From NCBI GenBank assembly GCA_965648915.1, contig CBFGIV010000004.1, forward strand, positions 1 through 58,058: a stretch of DNA of 58,058 nt, read 5' to 3'. The position numbers and the translations under genes are program-made. This stretch comes from a candidate division WOR-3 bacterium (GTDB lineage Bacteria > Hydrothermota > Tepidihabitantia > SM23-42 > CAYGYG01). This document shows, piece by piece, positions 9,581-19,322 of the stretch (positions within the stretch are counted from its first letter, which is position 1; every line of letters begins with the position of its first letter). Below the pieces are notes generated by a model. That model did not search any database, was not told the DNA's origin, and was given only the letters and a program-made list of their open reading frames with translations.

Positions 9581-12500
9581 ATGGTAAGTCGGTCAGGATT
9601 AAAGAGTGAGTTTGCTTCGGTGCTGGGTAAAGATACTGAATTGGTCTTTCCCCACATTCTGATTATTGAAGCTTCAGCCGGTGCGGGGAAAACTGAAGCC
9701 CTGGCCAAGCGCTATATCCAGTTACTCATTTCAGAAAAAATAAGGGTTCCGCATAATCTCCCCAATATTCTGGCAATTACTTTCACCAATAATGCGGCAC
9801 GGGAGATGAAAGAGCGTATCCTCAAGTGGCTCAAGTCGCTTGCCTTGGGTATATCTTTTGCAGAGCAGGAAGAGATAGCGGACTTGGTCGATTTGAAACA
9901 CTTTGCGATCCAAGACCGGGCCCGGGCGGCAGTCGATATGATTATTGATAACTACTCTGATTTTCAAATCCAGACAATAGATAGTTTTATGAATCAAATT
10001 TTATGCTCCACTGCCCCGGAACTGGGAATGCCGCCCGAGAACGAGGTTACCGCTTCTTATGAAAATCTCGCCGATCTTGCGCTTAATGCACTATTGAACG
10101 AGATCCCGGGGGTGGTTGATACTGAAGAGATTGATCACTTTCTCAATTTCCTGAATCGTGAGGCAAAAACTTTTCCCTGGGATCCGACGCAAAGCATGAA
10201 AAAGCAGTTTCTTCAGTTTCTCGAAGAAGAAGGCAAGGTGCTTGAGGAGATAATATTTACTGAGCAGTGGTCGGTTTATCAAGAGAAGATCGAGGAGTTG
10301 AAGCGTCTCGGGGAGAAAGTACTTAATAGCAAATTTGCCCAGGCAATCAGGGTTGATGCAGTACGAGAACTGAGAGGTAACTATTTTGATATTAAGAAAT
10401 TCTTAAATGGATTTACAACTGAATCGCTCTGGTTTGATAAACGCAAAGTATGCCCGGAAGCGCTTGAACTCTGTAAGGGGTTGAACAAAATCGTCGAGGA
10501 GATTACTGAACTTTATGCGATTTCGAGATTCCATCACTTTGGTCGGATATATAAAAAGTTTAAGGATTTTCTCGAACAGGCAAAACGTCAGACCGAGACG
10601 ATCCATTTTGATGACATTAATAAGAAACTTGCCCGGTATCTAAGAAGGGAGATCGTACCTGAGGTTTTTTACCGACTGGGGACGATGTTATATCATTTTC
10701 TGATTGATGAATTTCAGGATACCGATCGGGTCCAGTGGGCAAATATGAAATTCTTACTCGATGAGGCATTTGCTAAAGGTGGTAGCCTCTTTGCGGTCGG
10801 CGATTTGAAGCAGGCGATATTTATGTTTCGTAAAGCCGATTACCGGATAATGCGTCGGTTAATCAGGGCGATTGAAGGTCAGTCGGAATACGAGGTTTAT
10901 CAACTTCCGGGAAGTGTTCGGGAGAATTCACGAGTTAGAAGATTGAGGAATAACTATCGATTTGGTTCGGTAATCTTAAATTATGTCGATGGAATTTTTA
11001 AAAATAAACTGGCAAAACAGATCGGGACTGATTTTCTCGAAGCTGATTTGACCTGTCTTACAACTTATGTGCAGGAATCGGCCGATCGCTATCGACCTCG
11101 AGACAGGGGTCAGGGTTATGTAAAGGCGATGGTTGTTGAAAAGGGAAAAGATCAGGAGCCGGAGCGCGATGTGTTATACGGTATCCTGAATGATATCTTA
11201 AAACGCTTCCGTCCGGGTAGGGTTGCAATACTAACAAAGAGGAATAGAGAAGTAGAAAGAATAGTCGAATGGCTGTCCGAGAAGTCGATACCGACCGCAT
11301 CGTTCAGTTCGCTCGATATCCGAAAGCGGAAGATAATTATGGAGATTGTTAATTTGCTGCAGTTCCTCGATTCACCGATTGACAACCTCTCTTTTGCTAC
11401 TTTTCTTGCCGGTGACATTTTTATCAGTGCAGCTTGCAGTTATCGCCAGCCGGTGGATCGAACCCAGATACTGGATTTAATTTTTCAGTGGAACAGGGAT
11501 GGTCGAGATTATCTCTACAAATGGCTTAAAGAGAAGAGCAATATTAAAGATCTGTGGATGTTGCTTTTTGAGGAGATATTCAACCGGGTCGGTTATCTAC
11601 CACTTTATGATCTTGCATCGTTAATTTTCAAGAAATTCAGGGTCTTTGAGAATTTTCAGGCTGAAGCCGGTTTCCTGATAAAATTTCTTGATGCGATAGT
11701 TAATTTTGAGTCTAATGGGATAAACGATATCAAGGGTTTTATAAAAATGGTCGGTGATGATAATCGAGAATCATCAATTATGAGTGTGCTTCTGCCTGAT
11801 TATATTGATGCGGTGAAGGTAATGACCTTTCACAAAGCCAAAGGGCTTGGTTTCCCGGTTGTTATAAATATGATCTACGAAATAACTGATGATCGAGACT
11901 CGATCTATTTTCATAAAGAGGATGGGTTGTCGGCATACTATATATTAAAGGACTTCACCAGAGTTTCTCCAAAACTGGAAAGAATCTACCGGGAGAAGAA
12001 TCAAGATGATCGTATTCAGATGTTGAATCTGCTCTATGTAGCCAATACCCGCGCCAAACAGGAACTTTATAATATTGTTGTGAAGAATAAGAAAAAAGGG
12101 GTAAGGTCTGCTTTTAATTATACTGATCTCTTTGATAATTTTGAAGTGGGGGCAAAGGTAAAACCGGCTGGGGATGAAAAATGGACTCTCCCCGAACCCG
12201 TTATTGCATCATCGGCCGGGGATGTCGAGATGGTCTTGCCCGAGGAAGGTGGGGTCTGGTCGCTGTCCCGCCAAATCGAGGCACACAAAGGAGAGATTTA
12301 CCATAAAATCATTTCAATGATCGAATACTTAAAAGGCGACCCTTCTGCCCTGGTGCAAGAGTTGATCGATCAAATCCGATCCCGAACCAGAGAGGACTTT
12401 GATCACGAGGCCGCTCTCGAAGATATTACCCGGTTTCTCAGTCTACCTGATGTCAGACAGTGGTTTGAGGAGCGGCCGGGCCGGAGAGTTGAGAGAGAGG

Positions 12501-12721
12501 TTGAATATGTCAGCGAAGACGGTGCCCTCAACCGGATCGATCGATTAGTAATTGATCCGGATCTTGTATGGGTTATCGATTTCAAGACCGGTACCGAATC
12601 GCCGGGTTACTTCTCCCAGGTTGAAAATTATGTTAAGGTATTAAAAGATATTTATCCTGATCGCATAATTAGAGGATATCTGGCTTATATTGATAAACTT
12701 CAGGTGATAAGGGTAATATGA
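9581..12721 (+). CDS. addA: AddA/RecB-like UvrD helicase-nuclease
   Basis: EASAGAGKT, ITFTNNAAREM, TIDSF, DEFQD, VGDLKQAIF.FR, MTFHKAKGL, YVANTRA; C-terminal IDRL..VIDFKT nuclease. Confidence 0.8.
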   Translation: MVSRSGLKSEFASVLGKDTELVFPHILIIEASAGAGKTEALAKRYIQLLISEKIRVPHNLPNILAITFTNNAAREMKERILKWLKSLALGISFAEQEEIADLVDLKHFAIQDRARAAVDMIIDNYSDFQIQTIDSFMNQILCSTAPELGMPPENEVTASYENLADLALNALLNEIPGVVDTEEIDHFLNFLNREAKTFPWDPTQSMKKQFLQFLEEEGKVLEEIIFTEQWSVYQEKIEELKRLGEKVLNSKFAQAIRVDAVRELRGNYFDIKKFLNGFTTESLWFDKRKVCPEALELCKGLNKIVEEITELYAISRFHHFGRIYKKFKDFLEQAKRQTETIHFDDINKKLARYLRREIVPEVFYRLGTMLYHFLIDEFQDTDRVQWANMKFLLDEAFAKGGSLFAVGDLKQAIFMFRKADYRIMRRLIRAIEGQSEYEVYQLPGSVRENSRVRRLRNNYRFGSVILNYVDGIFKNKLAKQIGTDFLEADLTCLTTYVQESADRYRPRDRGQGYVKAMVVEKGKDQEPERDVLYGILNDILKRFRPGRVAILTKRNREVERIVEWLSEKSIPTASFSSLDIRKRKIIMEIVNLLQFLDSPIDNLSFATFLAGDIFISAACSYRQPVDRTQILDLIFQWNRDGRDYLYKWLKEKSNIKDLWMLLFEEIFNRVGYLPLYDLASLIFKKFRVFENFQAEAGFLIKFLDAIVNFESNGINDIKGFIKMVGDDNRESSIMSVLLPDYIDAVKVMTFHKAKGLGFPVVINMIYEITDDRDSIYFHKEDGLSAYYILKDFTRVSPKLERIYREKNQDDRIQMLNLLYVANTRAKQELYNIVVKNKKKGVRSAFNYTDLFDNFEVGAKVKPAGDEKWTLPEPVIASSAGDVEMVLPEEGGVWSLSRQIEAHKGEIYHKIISMIEYLKGDPSALVQELIDQIRSRTREDFDHEAALEDITRFLSLPDVRQWFEERPGRRVEREVEYVSEDGALNRIDRLVIDPDLVWVIDFKTGTESPGYFSQVENYVKVLKDIYPDRIIRGYLAYIDKLQVIRVI

Positions 12722-15594
12722 AAAAACATCTGCTTGTTTCACCGAAGATTGACCTGATTGAATTGATCGGGAATTGCCTCCTTGAAAAAAGCCGGGAGCT
12801 GTTTAACAACCTGATTGTCTTTCCTGCCAAACGACCGATCCACTTTTTAAGAAAATATCTTGCCGGGAAATTGAGGTCTTCCTTTCGATCTCCGGTTATC
12901 CTGGCGATCGATGAATTCGTTGATTATCTGTATGATTTGTTGGGCTATTCCGATGTCCGAATCAATTCCTTGGATGCAATTGCCCTACTCTTTGAACTCA
13001 ATAGAGAAGGGGGCTTGATCAATTACCCGGGGGGTGAATTAACGATTGATGAATTCCTTCCCTGGGGGGCAAAAATTCTTTCTGATTTTGAAGAGATCTA
13101 CATCGAAGCAATTGGGCCCGAGGTGATCCGATCGATCGATCAGATCGAATCCGAACAATTACCCGCTAGGATCAGAGAGAGACTATTAACCTTTTCTCAA
13201 CTCTACAAGTCATTCTATGACTACCTTATCGAACATCATTATTCAACCCGATCCCTCCGTTATCGGCGGGTGGCAGAGTCGATGGAAAAAGTGGATTTAG
13301 AAAAATTCGAGCAGATCTTCCTGGCCGGGTTTTTTATGCTCACCCGTTCCGAAGAAAAGATTTTTAAAAACATCAGTCAACTTAAGAATAGTCAACTTAT
13401 TTTTCAGGATGGTCCGGGAGTTGATGCAACGATAAGAAGTTTAAATCTTGCGGTTGAGAAGATAGTAAGTGGGAATCCGCAACCCGTGGTCAGTCTTTAT
13501 AAAGCGATGGATGCCCACGGTCAGGTATTTAAATTGGCAGAGGTAATTAGTGAGAGGAAGAACTTCAATCAAAGGGATGTGGTGGTTTTACCTGTTCCTG
13601 ATACTCTCTTCCCAGTTATTCAGCATGCCTTGGGTAGAATCAAGGGCGACTACAATATTTCCCTCGGTTACCCTCTTTATCGAACCTCGATATATTCACT
13701 CATAGAAACCCTGCGTCAACTTCTGAACACAAAAGAAGGGGAGAAGTACAGTCTCGCTCATTATTTGAAATTTGTCCTCCACCCTTATATTAAAAATATC
13801 CGGCTTGGTAAGATGAGTGAACCGACACGGATAATCTTTCACACGATCGAAGAATTTTACCAAAATGTGCCCAGAAGATTTATTACGCTTACCGAGATTG
13901 AAAATAATGAGAAATTAACAGATTTATGTTGGAATAAACTTAGAGACCTATTCCCCGGCGGGCCGCAAAAAGATATAATTATCAATCACCTTAAGGAAAT
14001 TCATTACCATCTGATAAAGAATTTCGAAAATATTGACTCCCTTGAAGATTTTGGTAATAAACTGCTTAACTTCCTTTCGTTTATTTCGCTGCACAGCACC
14101 GCCAATCGCCATATCTATACCGCTCCCTTTGTAGAGACAATGATCGGAGCCATTTATGAATTGCGTCAATCCTTCTTAAAGAAAGTAAGATTTTCTAAAA
14201 TGGAAAGTTACTTTCGTCTTTTAAGGAGCTACATCCGGACGCTTCATCATCCATTTGAAGGAAGCCCGGTGCAGGGACTGCAGGTCCTTGGATTTCTTGA
14301 GACAAGAAATATCAAGTTTGATTCAGTATATATACTTGATGTAAATGAAGGTGTCATCCCCCAGACCGGTAAGAGTGAAACTCTTCTGCCGCATCAGGTA
14401 AGAAGATATCTGAGATTGCCGACCTACCAGGATCGGGAAAAGATTGCCCGTTACTATTTTGAAAACCTCCTGAATGGCGCGAAGGAGGTTTATATTTTTT
14501 ACATCGAAAATGCCGAAAAGGAGAAAAGTCGATTTGTTGAGAAGATCCTCTGGGAAAATCAGAAGAGAGCTGATGGGGTTGAACCCAAGACTTCTGACAT
14601 TTTTTTCAATGTGGGATTCAAGCAGAAGGACCCTGAACCAATCGCCAAGAACTCTTCCATAATCAGTTTTATAAATTCTCGACCCCGGTTCAGTGTCTCA
14701 AGCATTGACGACTATCTGCGGTGTCAACTTATTTTCTATTATAAGAATCTCCTCGGCCTTGAACCCCGAATCGAGATTGAAGAGGAGATCGATCCGCAAA
14801 GCCGGGGAGGTCTTGTGCACAAGATACTTGAATCTTTTTTTATTGAGAAGATCGGTAGGCCATTGGTGATTAAACCTGCTGACTACCAGCGCATGGGCCA
14901 GATTATTGATAAGATTTTTAGCGAACAGTATCCTGATTCGGAGCGGGGTCCACTCTTTCTCTACCGGTGTCAAATAAAGAGAAGGATGTTCGATCTTCTG
15001 TGGTATTATGAAGGAGAACAGCATCGCACAACAATAATACGGGAGTGCGAAAATCAATGCCGACCGCCGGTGAAGAACGAATCTGGAAATAAATTCTATA
15101 TCGAACCGTTACAACTCTCAACCGGTAAGATCGTAAAACTCTCGGGCAAGATCGATCGGGTCGATCAACGGGGCGACACCATTTATATTGTTGATTACAA
15201 AACCAGCTATCGATCGGAGATGCCCAAGGAAGATTTCGATATTGAAAGTCGTGATCAATGGACAAAGACGCTCGGTTCAATTCAATTGCCTGCCTATATA
15301 ATTCTTTATCAATCGAGGCATCACGAAGCGCTGCTCAAGGATATCAATGCCTGCCTTTTAATCCTGGGCGATAAGGATATCAGAGAAGTTCCCTTATTCG
15401 GTGATAAATTAAAATCACGGGAGAAGGAGTTATATTTTAATAATCTGAAGGAAGCCCTGATCAGACTCATCGAAGAGATATTTGATCCTGAACTTCCTTT
15501 CCTTCCGACCAGTGAGCCGGATGATAATTGTCCTTCCTGTGACTTCAAAGTGATTTGTGGTCGCCAGTGGATCGTTGGGAGAGGGTGGCGTTGA
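12718..15594 (+). CDS. addB: AddB-like PD-(D/E)XK nuclease with Fe-S cluster
   Basis: Degenerate helicase N-terminus; SVSSIDDYLRC, GKIDRVD, IVDYKT, CPSCDFKVIC (1+3 Cys); 4-nt overlap with addA. Confidence 0.75.
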   Translation: MKKHLLVSPKIDLIELIGNCLLEKSRELFNNLIVFPAKRPIHFLRKYLAGKLRSSFRSPVILAIDEFVDYLYDLLGYSDVRINSLDAIALLFELNREGGLINYPGGELTIDEFLPWGAKILSDFEEIYIEAIGPEVIRSIDQIESEQLPARIRERLLTFSQLYKSFYDYLIEHHYSTRSLRYRRVAESMEKVDLEKFEQIFLAGFFMLTRSEEKIFKNISQLKNSQLIFQDGPGVDATIRSLNLAVEKIVSGNPQPVVSLYKAMDAHGQVFKLAEVISERKNFNQRDVVVLPVPDTLFPVIQHALGRIKGDYNISLGYPLYRTSIYSLIETLRQLLNTKEGEKYSLAHYLKFVLHPYIKNIRLGKMSEPTRIIFHTIEEFYQNVPRRFITLTEIENNEKLTDLCWNKLRDLFPGGPQKDIIINHLKEIHYHLIKNFENIDSLEDFGNKLLNFLSFISLHSTANRHIYTAPFVETMIGAIYELRQSFLKKVRFSKMESYFRLLRSYIRTLHHPFEGSPVQGLQVLGFLETRNIKFDSVYILDVNEGVIPQTGKSETLLPHQVRRYLRLPTYQDREKIARYYFENLLNGAKEVYIFYIENAEKEKSRFVEKILWENQKRADGVEPKTSDIFFNVGFKQKDPEPIAKNSSIISFINSRPRFSVSSIDDYLRCQLIFYYKNLLGLEPRIEIEEEIDPQSRGGLVHKILESFFIEKIGRPLVIKPADYQRMGQIIDKIFSEQYPDSERGPLFLYRCQIKRRMFDLLWYYEGEQHRTTIIRECENQCRPPVKNESGNKFYIEPLQLSTGKIVKLSGKIDRVDQRGDTIYIVDYKTSYRSEMPKEDFDIESRDQWTKTLGSIQLPAYIILYQSRHHEALLKDINACLLILGDKDIREVPLFGDKLKSREKELYFNNLKEALIRLIEEIFDPELPFLPTSEPDDNCPSCDFKVICGRQWIVGRGWR

Positions 15595-15616
15595 CGCTGA
15601 ATTTTTTTACATTCTC

Positions 15617-15644
15617 TTGACAGATGTATTTTTTAAAATAAAAT
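15617..15644 (+). promoter_or_regulatory. sigma70-type promoter of glnS, probably leaderless
   Basis: TTGACA-16nt-TAAAAT, 6 nt before ATG 15651. Confidence 0.6.
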
Positions 15645-15650
15645 AAGTAA

Positions 15651-17342
15651 ATGAAGAAAATGCCCGAAATAGAAAAGGTCGATTTTATCCGTGAAATCGT
15701 GCGGTCCGATTTGAAAACGAATAAGTACGGAGGTCGGGTACAGACCCGTTTTCCACCCGAACCCAACGGTTATCTCCATATTGGCCATGCCAAAGCAATC
15801 TGTATCGATTTTGGCATTGCGCAGGAGTTTGGTGGCCTATGTAATTTAAGATTCGATGATACAAACCCGACAAAAGAAGAGATTGAGTATGTTGAGTCGA
15901 TAAAAGAGGATATACGCTGGCTGGGATTCGACTGGGGAGACCGGGAATATTATGCATCAGACTATTTTGAGAAACTATATGAGTTTGCCGTAATTTTGGT
16001 TAAAAAAGGTAAGGCATATGTCTGTGACTGTTCACCGGATGAGGTGCGCAATATGCGGGGGACACTAACCCAACCCGGAAAAGAATGTCCCCATCGTAGT
16101 CGCTCGATTGAGGAAAATCTTGAATTATTTGAAAGCATGCGGGCTGGGAAATTCCCTGATGGTTCCAGGACCTTGAGGGCAAAGATTGATATGGCACACG
16201 GCAATCTGAATATGCGGGATCCAATAATGTACAGGATATTACATACACCCCATCACCGGACTGGTGATAAATGGTGTATCTATCCAACCTATGACTGGGC
16301 ACACGGCCAGTCTGATTCCATCGAGGGGATCACCCATTCTATCTGCACCCTGGAGTTTGAAGATCACAGGCCTTTATATGACTGGTTCTTAGAAGAACTC
16401 GGTATTCATCACCCCCAGCAAATCGAGTTTGCCCGACTCAATTTAACTTATACTATTTTGAGTAAAAGAAAATTGCTGCAACTCGTGGAAAAGGGCTATG
16501 TTCAGGGCTGGGATGACCCGCGGATGCCAACGATCTCAGGCCTGCGCAGACGCGGCTATACACCAGAATCAATAAAGAAATTCTGTGATGTTATTGGTGT
16601 GTCTAAAAATAATACGGTTGTCGATATTGCACTTTTGGAACACTGTCTGCGTGATGATTTAAACAGGCGGGCGCCGAGGGCGATGGCGGTATTGCGTCCC
16701 CTGAAGGTCATTATCGATAATTATCCCGAGGGGCAGGTTGAAGAACTGGATGCCATTAATAATCCTGAGGATATGAGTATGGGGACGCGGAAAGTACCTT
16801 TCAGCAAAGTATTGTATATCGAGCAGGACGATTTTCGTGAGAATCCTCCCCGGGAATTTTATAGACTTGCACCGGGTCGTGAGGTTCGTCTGCGTTATGC
16901 CTATTTTATTAAATGTGTTGATATAATAAAGGACCAGAATGGAAATATTGTTGAACTTCACTGTCAATATGATCCCCATACCCGCGGTGGTGATGCACCG
17001 GACGGGAGGAAGGCGAAGGCGACCCTGCACTGGGTTTCAGCGCTTCATTCTATTGAGGCTGAGGTGAGGCTCTATGACCGGTTATTCAAGACCCCGGACC
17101 CGGAGGAGGGAGGTGACCATATCGCCAACTTAAATCCTGATTCATTAAAAATCTTGAAAAACTGCAAGTTGGAGCCATCCTTAAGGGATGCAAAGCCTGG
17201 CGAAATCTTCCAGTTTGAACGACTCGGTTATTTCTGTGTGGATAAGGAAGTGCAGTCTGGGAATCTCATATTCAATCGTTCGGTGACAATAAAAGATACC
17301 TGGGCAAAGATTGAGGCGCGGCTCCAGGGTGGTAAGAGATAG
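15651..17342 (+). CDS. glnS: Glutamine--tRNA ligase
   Basis: [47 protein letters not shown]. Confidence 0.97.
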   Translation: MKKMPEIEKVDFIREIVRSDLKTNKYGGRVQTRFPPEPNGYLHIGHAKAICIDFGIAQEFGGLCNLRFDDTNPTKEEIEYVESIKEDIRWLGFDWGDREYYASDYFEKLYEFAVILVKKGKAYVCDCSPDEVRNMRGTLTQPGKECPHRSRSIEENLELFESMRAGKFPDGSRTLRAKIDMAHGNLNMRDPIMYRILHTPHHRTGDKWCIYPTYDWAHGQSDSIEGITHSICTLEFEDHRPLYDWFLEELGIHHPQQIEFARLNLTYTILSKRKLLQLVEKGYVQGWDDPRMPTISGLRRRGYTPESIKKFCDVIGVSKNNTVVDIALLEHCLRDDLNRRAPRAMAVLRPLKVIIDNYPEGQVEELDAINNPEDMSMGTRKVPFSKVLYIEQDDFRENPPREFYRLAPGREVRLRYAYFIKCVDIIKDQNGNIVELHCQYDPHTRGGDAPDGRKAKATLHWVSALHSIEAEVRLYDRLFKTPDPEEGGDHIANLNPDSLKILKNCKLEPSLRDAKPGEIFQFERLGYFCVDKEVQSGNLIFNRSVTIKDTWAKIEARLQGGKR

Positions 17343-17427
17343 TTAATAAATACAATGGTGATAAGATTTGATAGAATTATAATTGACAATTTAAGATTAG
17401 ATTGTTCCTGACTCCTAAGGAAAAGTA

Positions 17428-18186
17428 ATGGAGATTGATCTGAGCAATAAGGTGATCTTAATCACCGGGGCAACAGGCGGAATCGGCAGGGCAACTGCGA
17501 GATTAATGGCAAGGTGTGGCGCAACAGTAGCCCTCCACTACTTTAAAAATCGGGCCCGGGCGGAAAGACTGGTAAAAGAGTTGGGAAATAATTCGAAGAT
17601 ATTTCAGGCCGACTTCAGGATTTCAAAGAATTGTGTTGTTTTGTTTAAGAAGGTTATCGCGGCATATCATCGGGTTGATGTCCTGGTGAATAATGCGGGG
17701 CTTTATAGACCATCACCGATCAGTAAGTCAGATAATGAATGGATTAATGACTGGCAGGAGGCAATTGATGTCAATTTGACTTCAGCCGCGATTTTATGTC
17801 GGGAGGCAATTAAACATTTTATGAAAAATAAAGGCGGTAGAATAATAAATGTATCATCGAGGGCTGCTTTTAGAGGCGATGCCGCCGAATATTTTGCCTA
17901 TGCCGCAGCCAAAGGCGGCCTGGTTTCATTAAGTCGTACCATCGCCCGTAATTACGGGCGGTTTAAAATTGTATCTTTTGTTATTGCTCCCGGTTTTGTA
18001 AGAACGAAAATGACACAAAGATATTTTGCTGATTATGGTGAGAATGGTGTAAGGTCTGAGACTGCTTTGAATAAAATCACCGGGCCTGAAGATATTGCTC
18101 CGACGATTGCGTTTTTAGCAAGTGGATTAATGGATCACGCGACCGGGACATCGATTGATATAAATGCAGGCAGTTATATGAGATGA
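17428..18186 (+). CDS. SDR family oxidoreductase
   Basis: TGATGGIG, NNAG, SS...YAAAK. Confidence 0.9.
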   Translation: MEIDLSNKVILITGATGGIGRATARLMARCGATVALHYFKNRARAERLVKELGNNSKIFQADFRISKNCVVLFKKVIAAYHRVDVLVNNAGLYRPSPISKSDNEWINDWQEAIDVNLTSAAILCREAIKHFMKNKGGRIINVSSRAAFRGDAAEYFAYAAAKGGLVSLSRTIARNYGRFKIVSFVIAPGFVRTKMTQRYFADYGENGVRSETALNKITGPEDIAPTIAFLASGLMDHATGTSIDINAGSYMR

Positions 18187-18198
18187 ATGGATTTAATG

Positions 18199-18825
18199 CT
18201 ATATATATTTTTTCAAAAGTTCTTTGCGGGGATGTAAACTGTAAAATGCTGGAGGGATGTCGAGCATTGTATAGGCACCAAATATCTTCATTCGATTAAA
18301 TCGATAACAGGCACGAGCACAGGCAATAAGAATATAAGAATACTGGTTGTCGCAACAGGATTACTCTCCCATTTACAGTGGTATTCGATTAAGGCCTTGT
18401 ACCGTGCATTGCCGGGCGAGGATGTAAATACAAAACCTCCATGGGGATAGTTTTAGTGTTCACGATCCAGTTTTTCTCTTGATACAAATACCACCTTCGT
18501 TTTATAATCAGCAAAATAATCGGGTATTGTTTTGATTTCGTGTTCGATTCTCTTTCGATCTGCCCCTTTTTCAACAATGACATAGACTAACCGAATATGC
18601 ATATCACTTTTTTTCAATTCTGGATTGCTGCTGCTTCGAACCCGATTCATTGCTTTTTCTATTGGTAGAGTATACTGTCGGGCATCGATAACACCTTTAA
18701 TTTTACGGACTGCATCTGAGTGTCCCTGACTCACACCCGGCCCCCAGAATGTGTAGTGCTTTGCTTTCGGAATAAAGGCATCAGCCAGGACCCTTTCGAG
18801 TGAAAATGTTCCCGGATCCCAGGTT
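18199..18825 (-). pseudogene. ddh: meso-diaminopimelate D-dehydrogenase pseudogene
   Basis: Own translation WDPGTFSLERVLADAFIPKAKHYTFWGPGVSQGHSDAVRKIKGV..QYTLP..H*NYPHGGFV..SNP..(frameshift)ILIACARA..GAYTMLDIPP..KKYI*; N-terminal domain missing, in-frame TAA 18453-18455, 8-bp duplication 18326-18341. Confidence 0.9.
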
Positions 18826-18845
18826 ATGACCTCAACTAGTTCCTG

Positions 18846-18873
18846 TTGACTTTCAATTGATAATGAATAAAAT
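18846..18873 (+). promoter_or_regulatory. sigma70-type promoter, probably leaderless
   Basis: TTGACT-16nt-TAAAAT, 5 nt before ATG 18879. Confidence 0.65.
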
Positions 18874-18878
18874 TTCGT

Positions 18879-19313
18879 ATGGCACGAGTTAAACTTGAAT
18901 TACCAGAACATTTTGAATTTTCTACTGAAATTGAAGTGCGGATTGGTGATATTAATTACGGTGGGCATCTTGGTAATGATGCATTACTCTCAATAATTCA
19001 TGAGGCACGAGTCCGATTTCTTCGCAACTACGGCTGGACCGAGGCAAATATCGAAGGGGTTGGTCTGATTATGACCGACGCGGTGGTTGTCTATAAATCT
19101 GAAGTCTTCTATGGTGATCGACTTAAAGTTGAAGTTACAGTAACTGACCTGAGTCGGACAGGCGGAGATTTTTTTTACCTTATTACCAGTAAAAGTTCCG
19201 GTAAGGAAGTTGCCCGGGCCAAGACCGGGATTGTATTCTTTGACTATCAGAAGAGGAAGGTGGTCGAGATGCCGGAGAAGTTCAGGGATATTTTCAGTCC
19301 GAAGCATAACTGA
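18879..19313 (+). CDS. Hotdog-fold acyl-CoA thioesterase (4HBT-like)
   Basis: VRIGDINYGGHLGN...HEAR motif. Confidence 0.88.
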   Translation: MARVKLELPEHFEFSTEIEVRIGDINYGGHLGNDALLSIIHEARVRFLRNYGWTEANIEGVGLIMTDAVVVYKSEVFYGDRLKVEVTVTDLSRTGGDFFYLITSKSSGKEVARAKTGIVFFDYQKRKVVEMPEKFRDIFSPKHN

Positions 19314-19322
19314 AAACTGGAC

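Noticed and set aside
9554..15594. Helicase-nuclease pair as an anti-phage or Cas4-associated system
   Set aside because: Motifs and arrangement match housekeeping AddAB; flanked by rmuC and glnS, not by defence genes.
18453..18455. Possible stop-codon readthrough or recoding in ddh
   Set aside because: The codon is TAA, used as a normal stop throughout, and the gene also has a frameshift and a 5' deletion.
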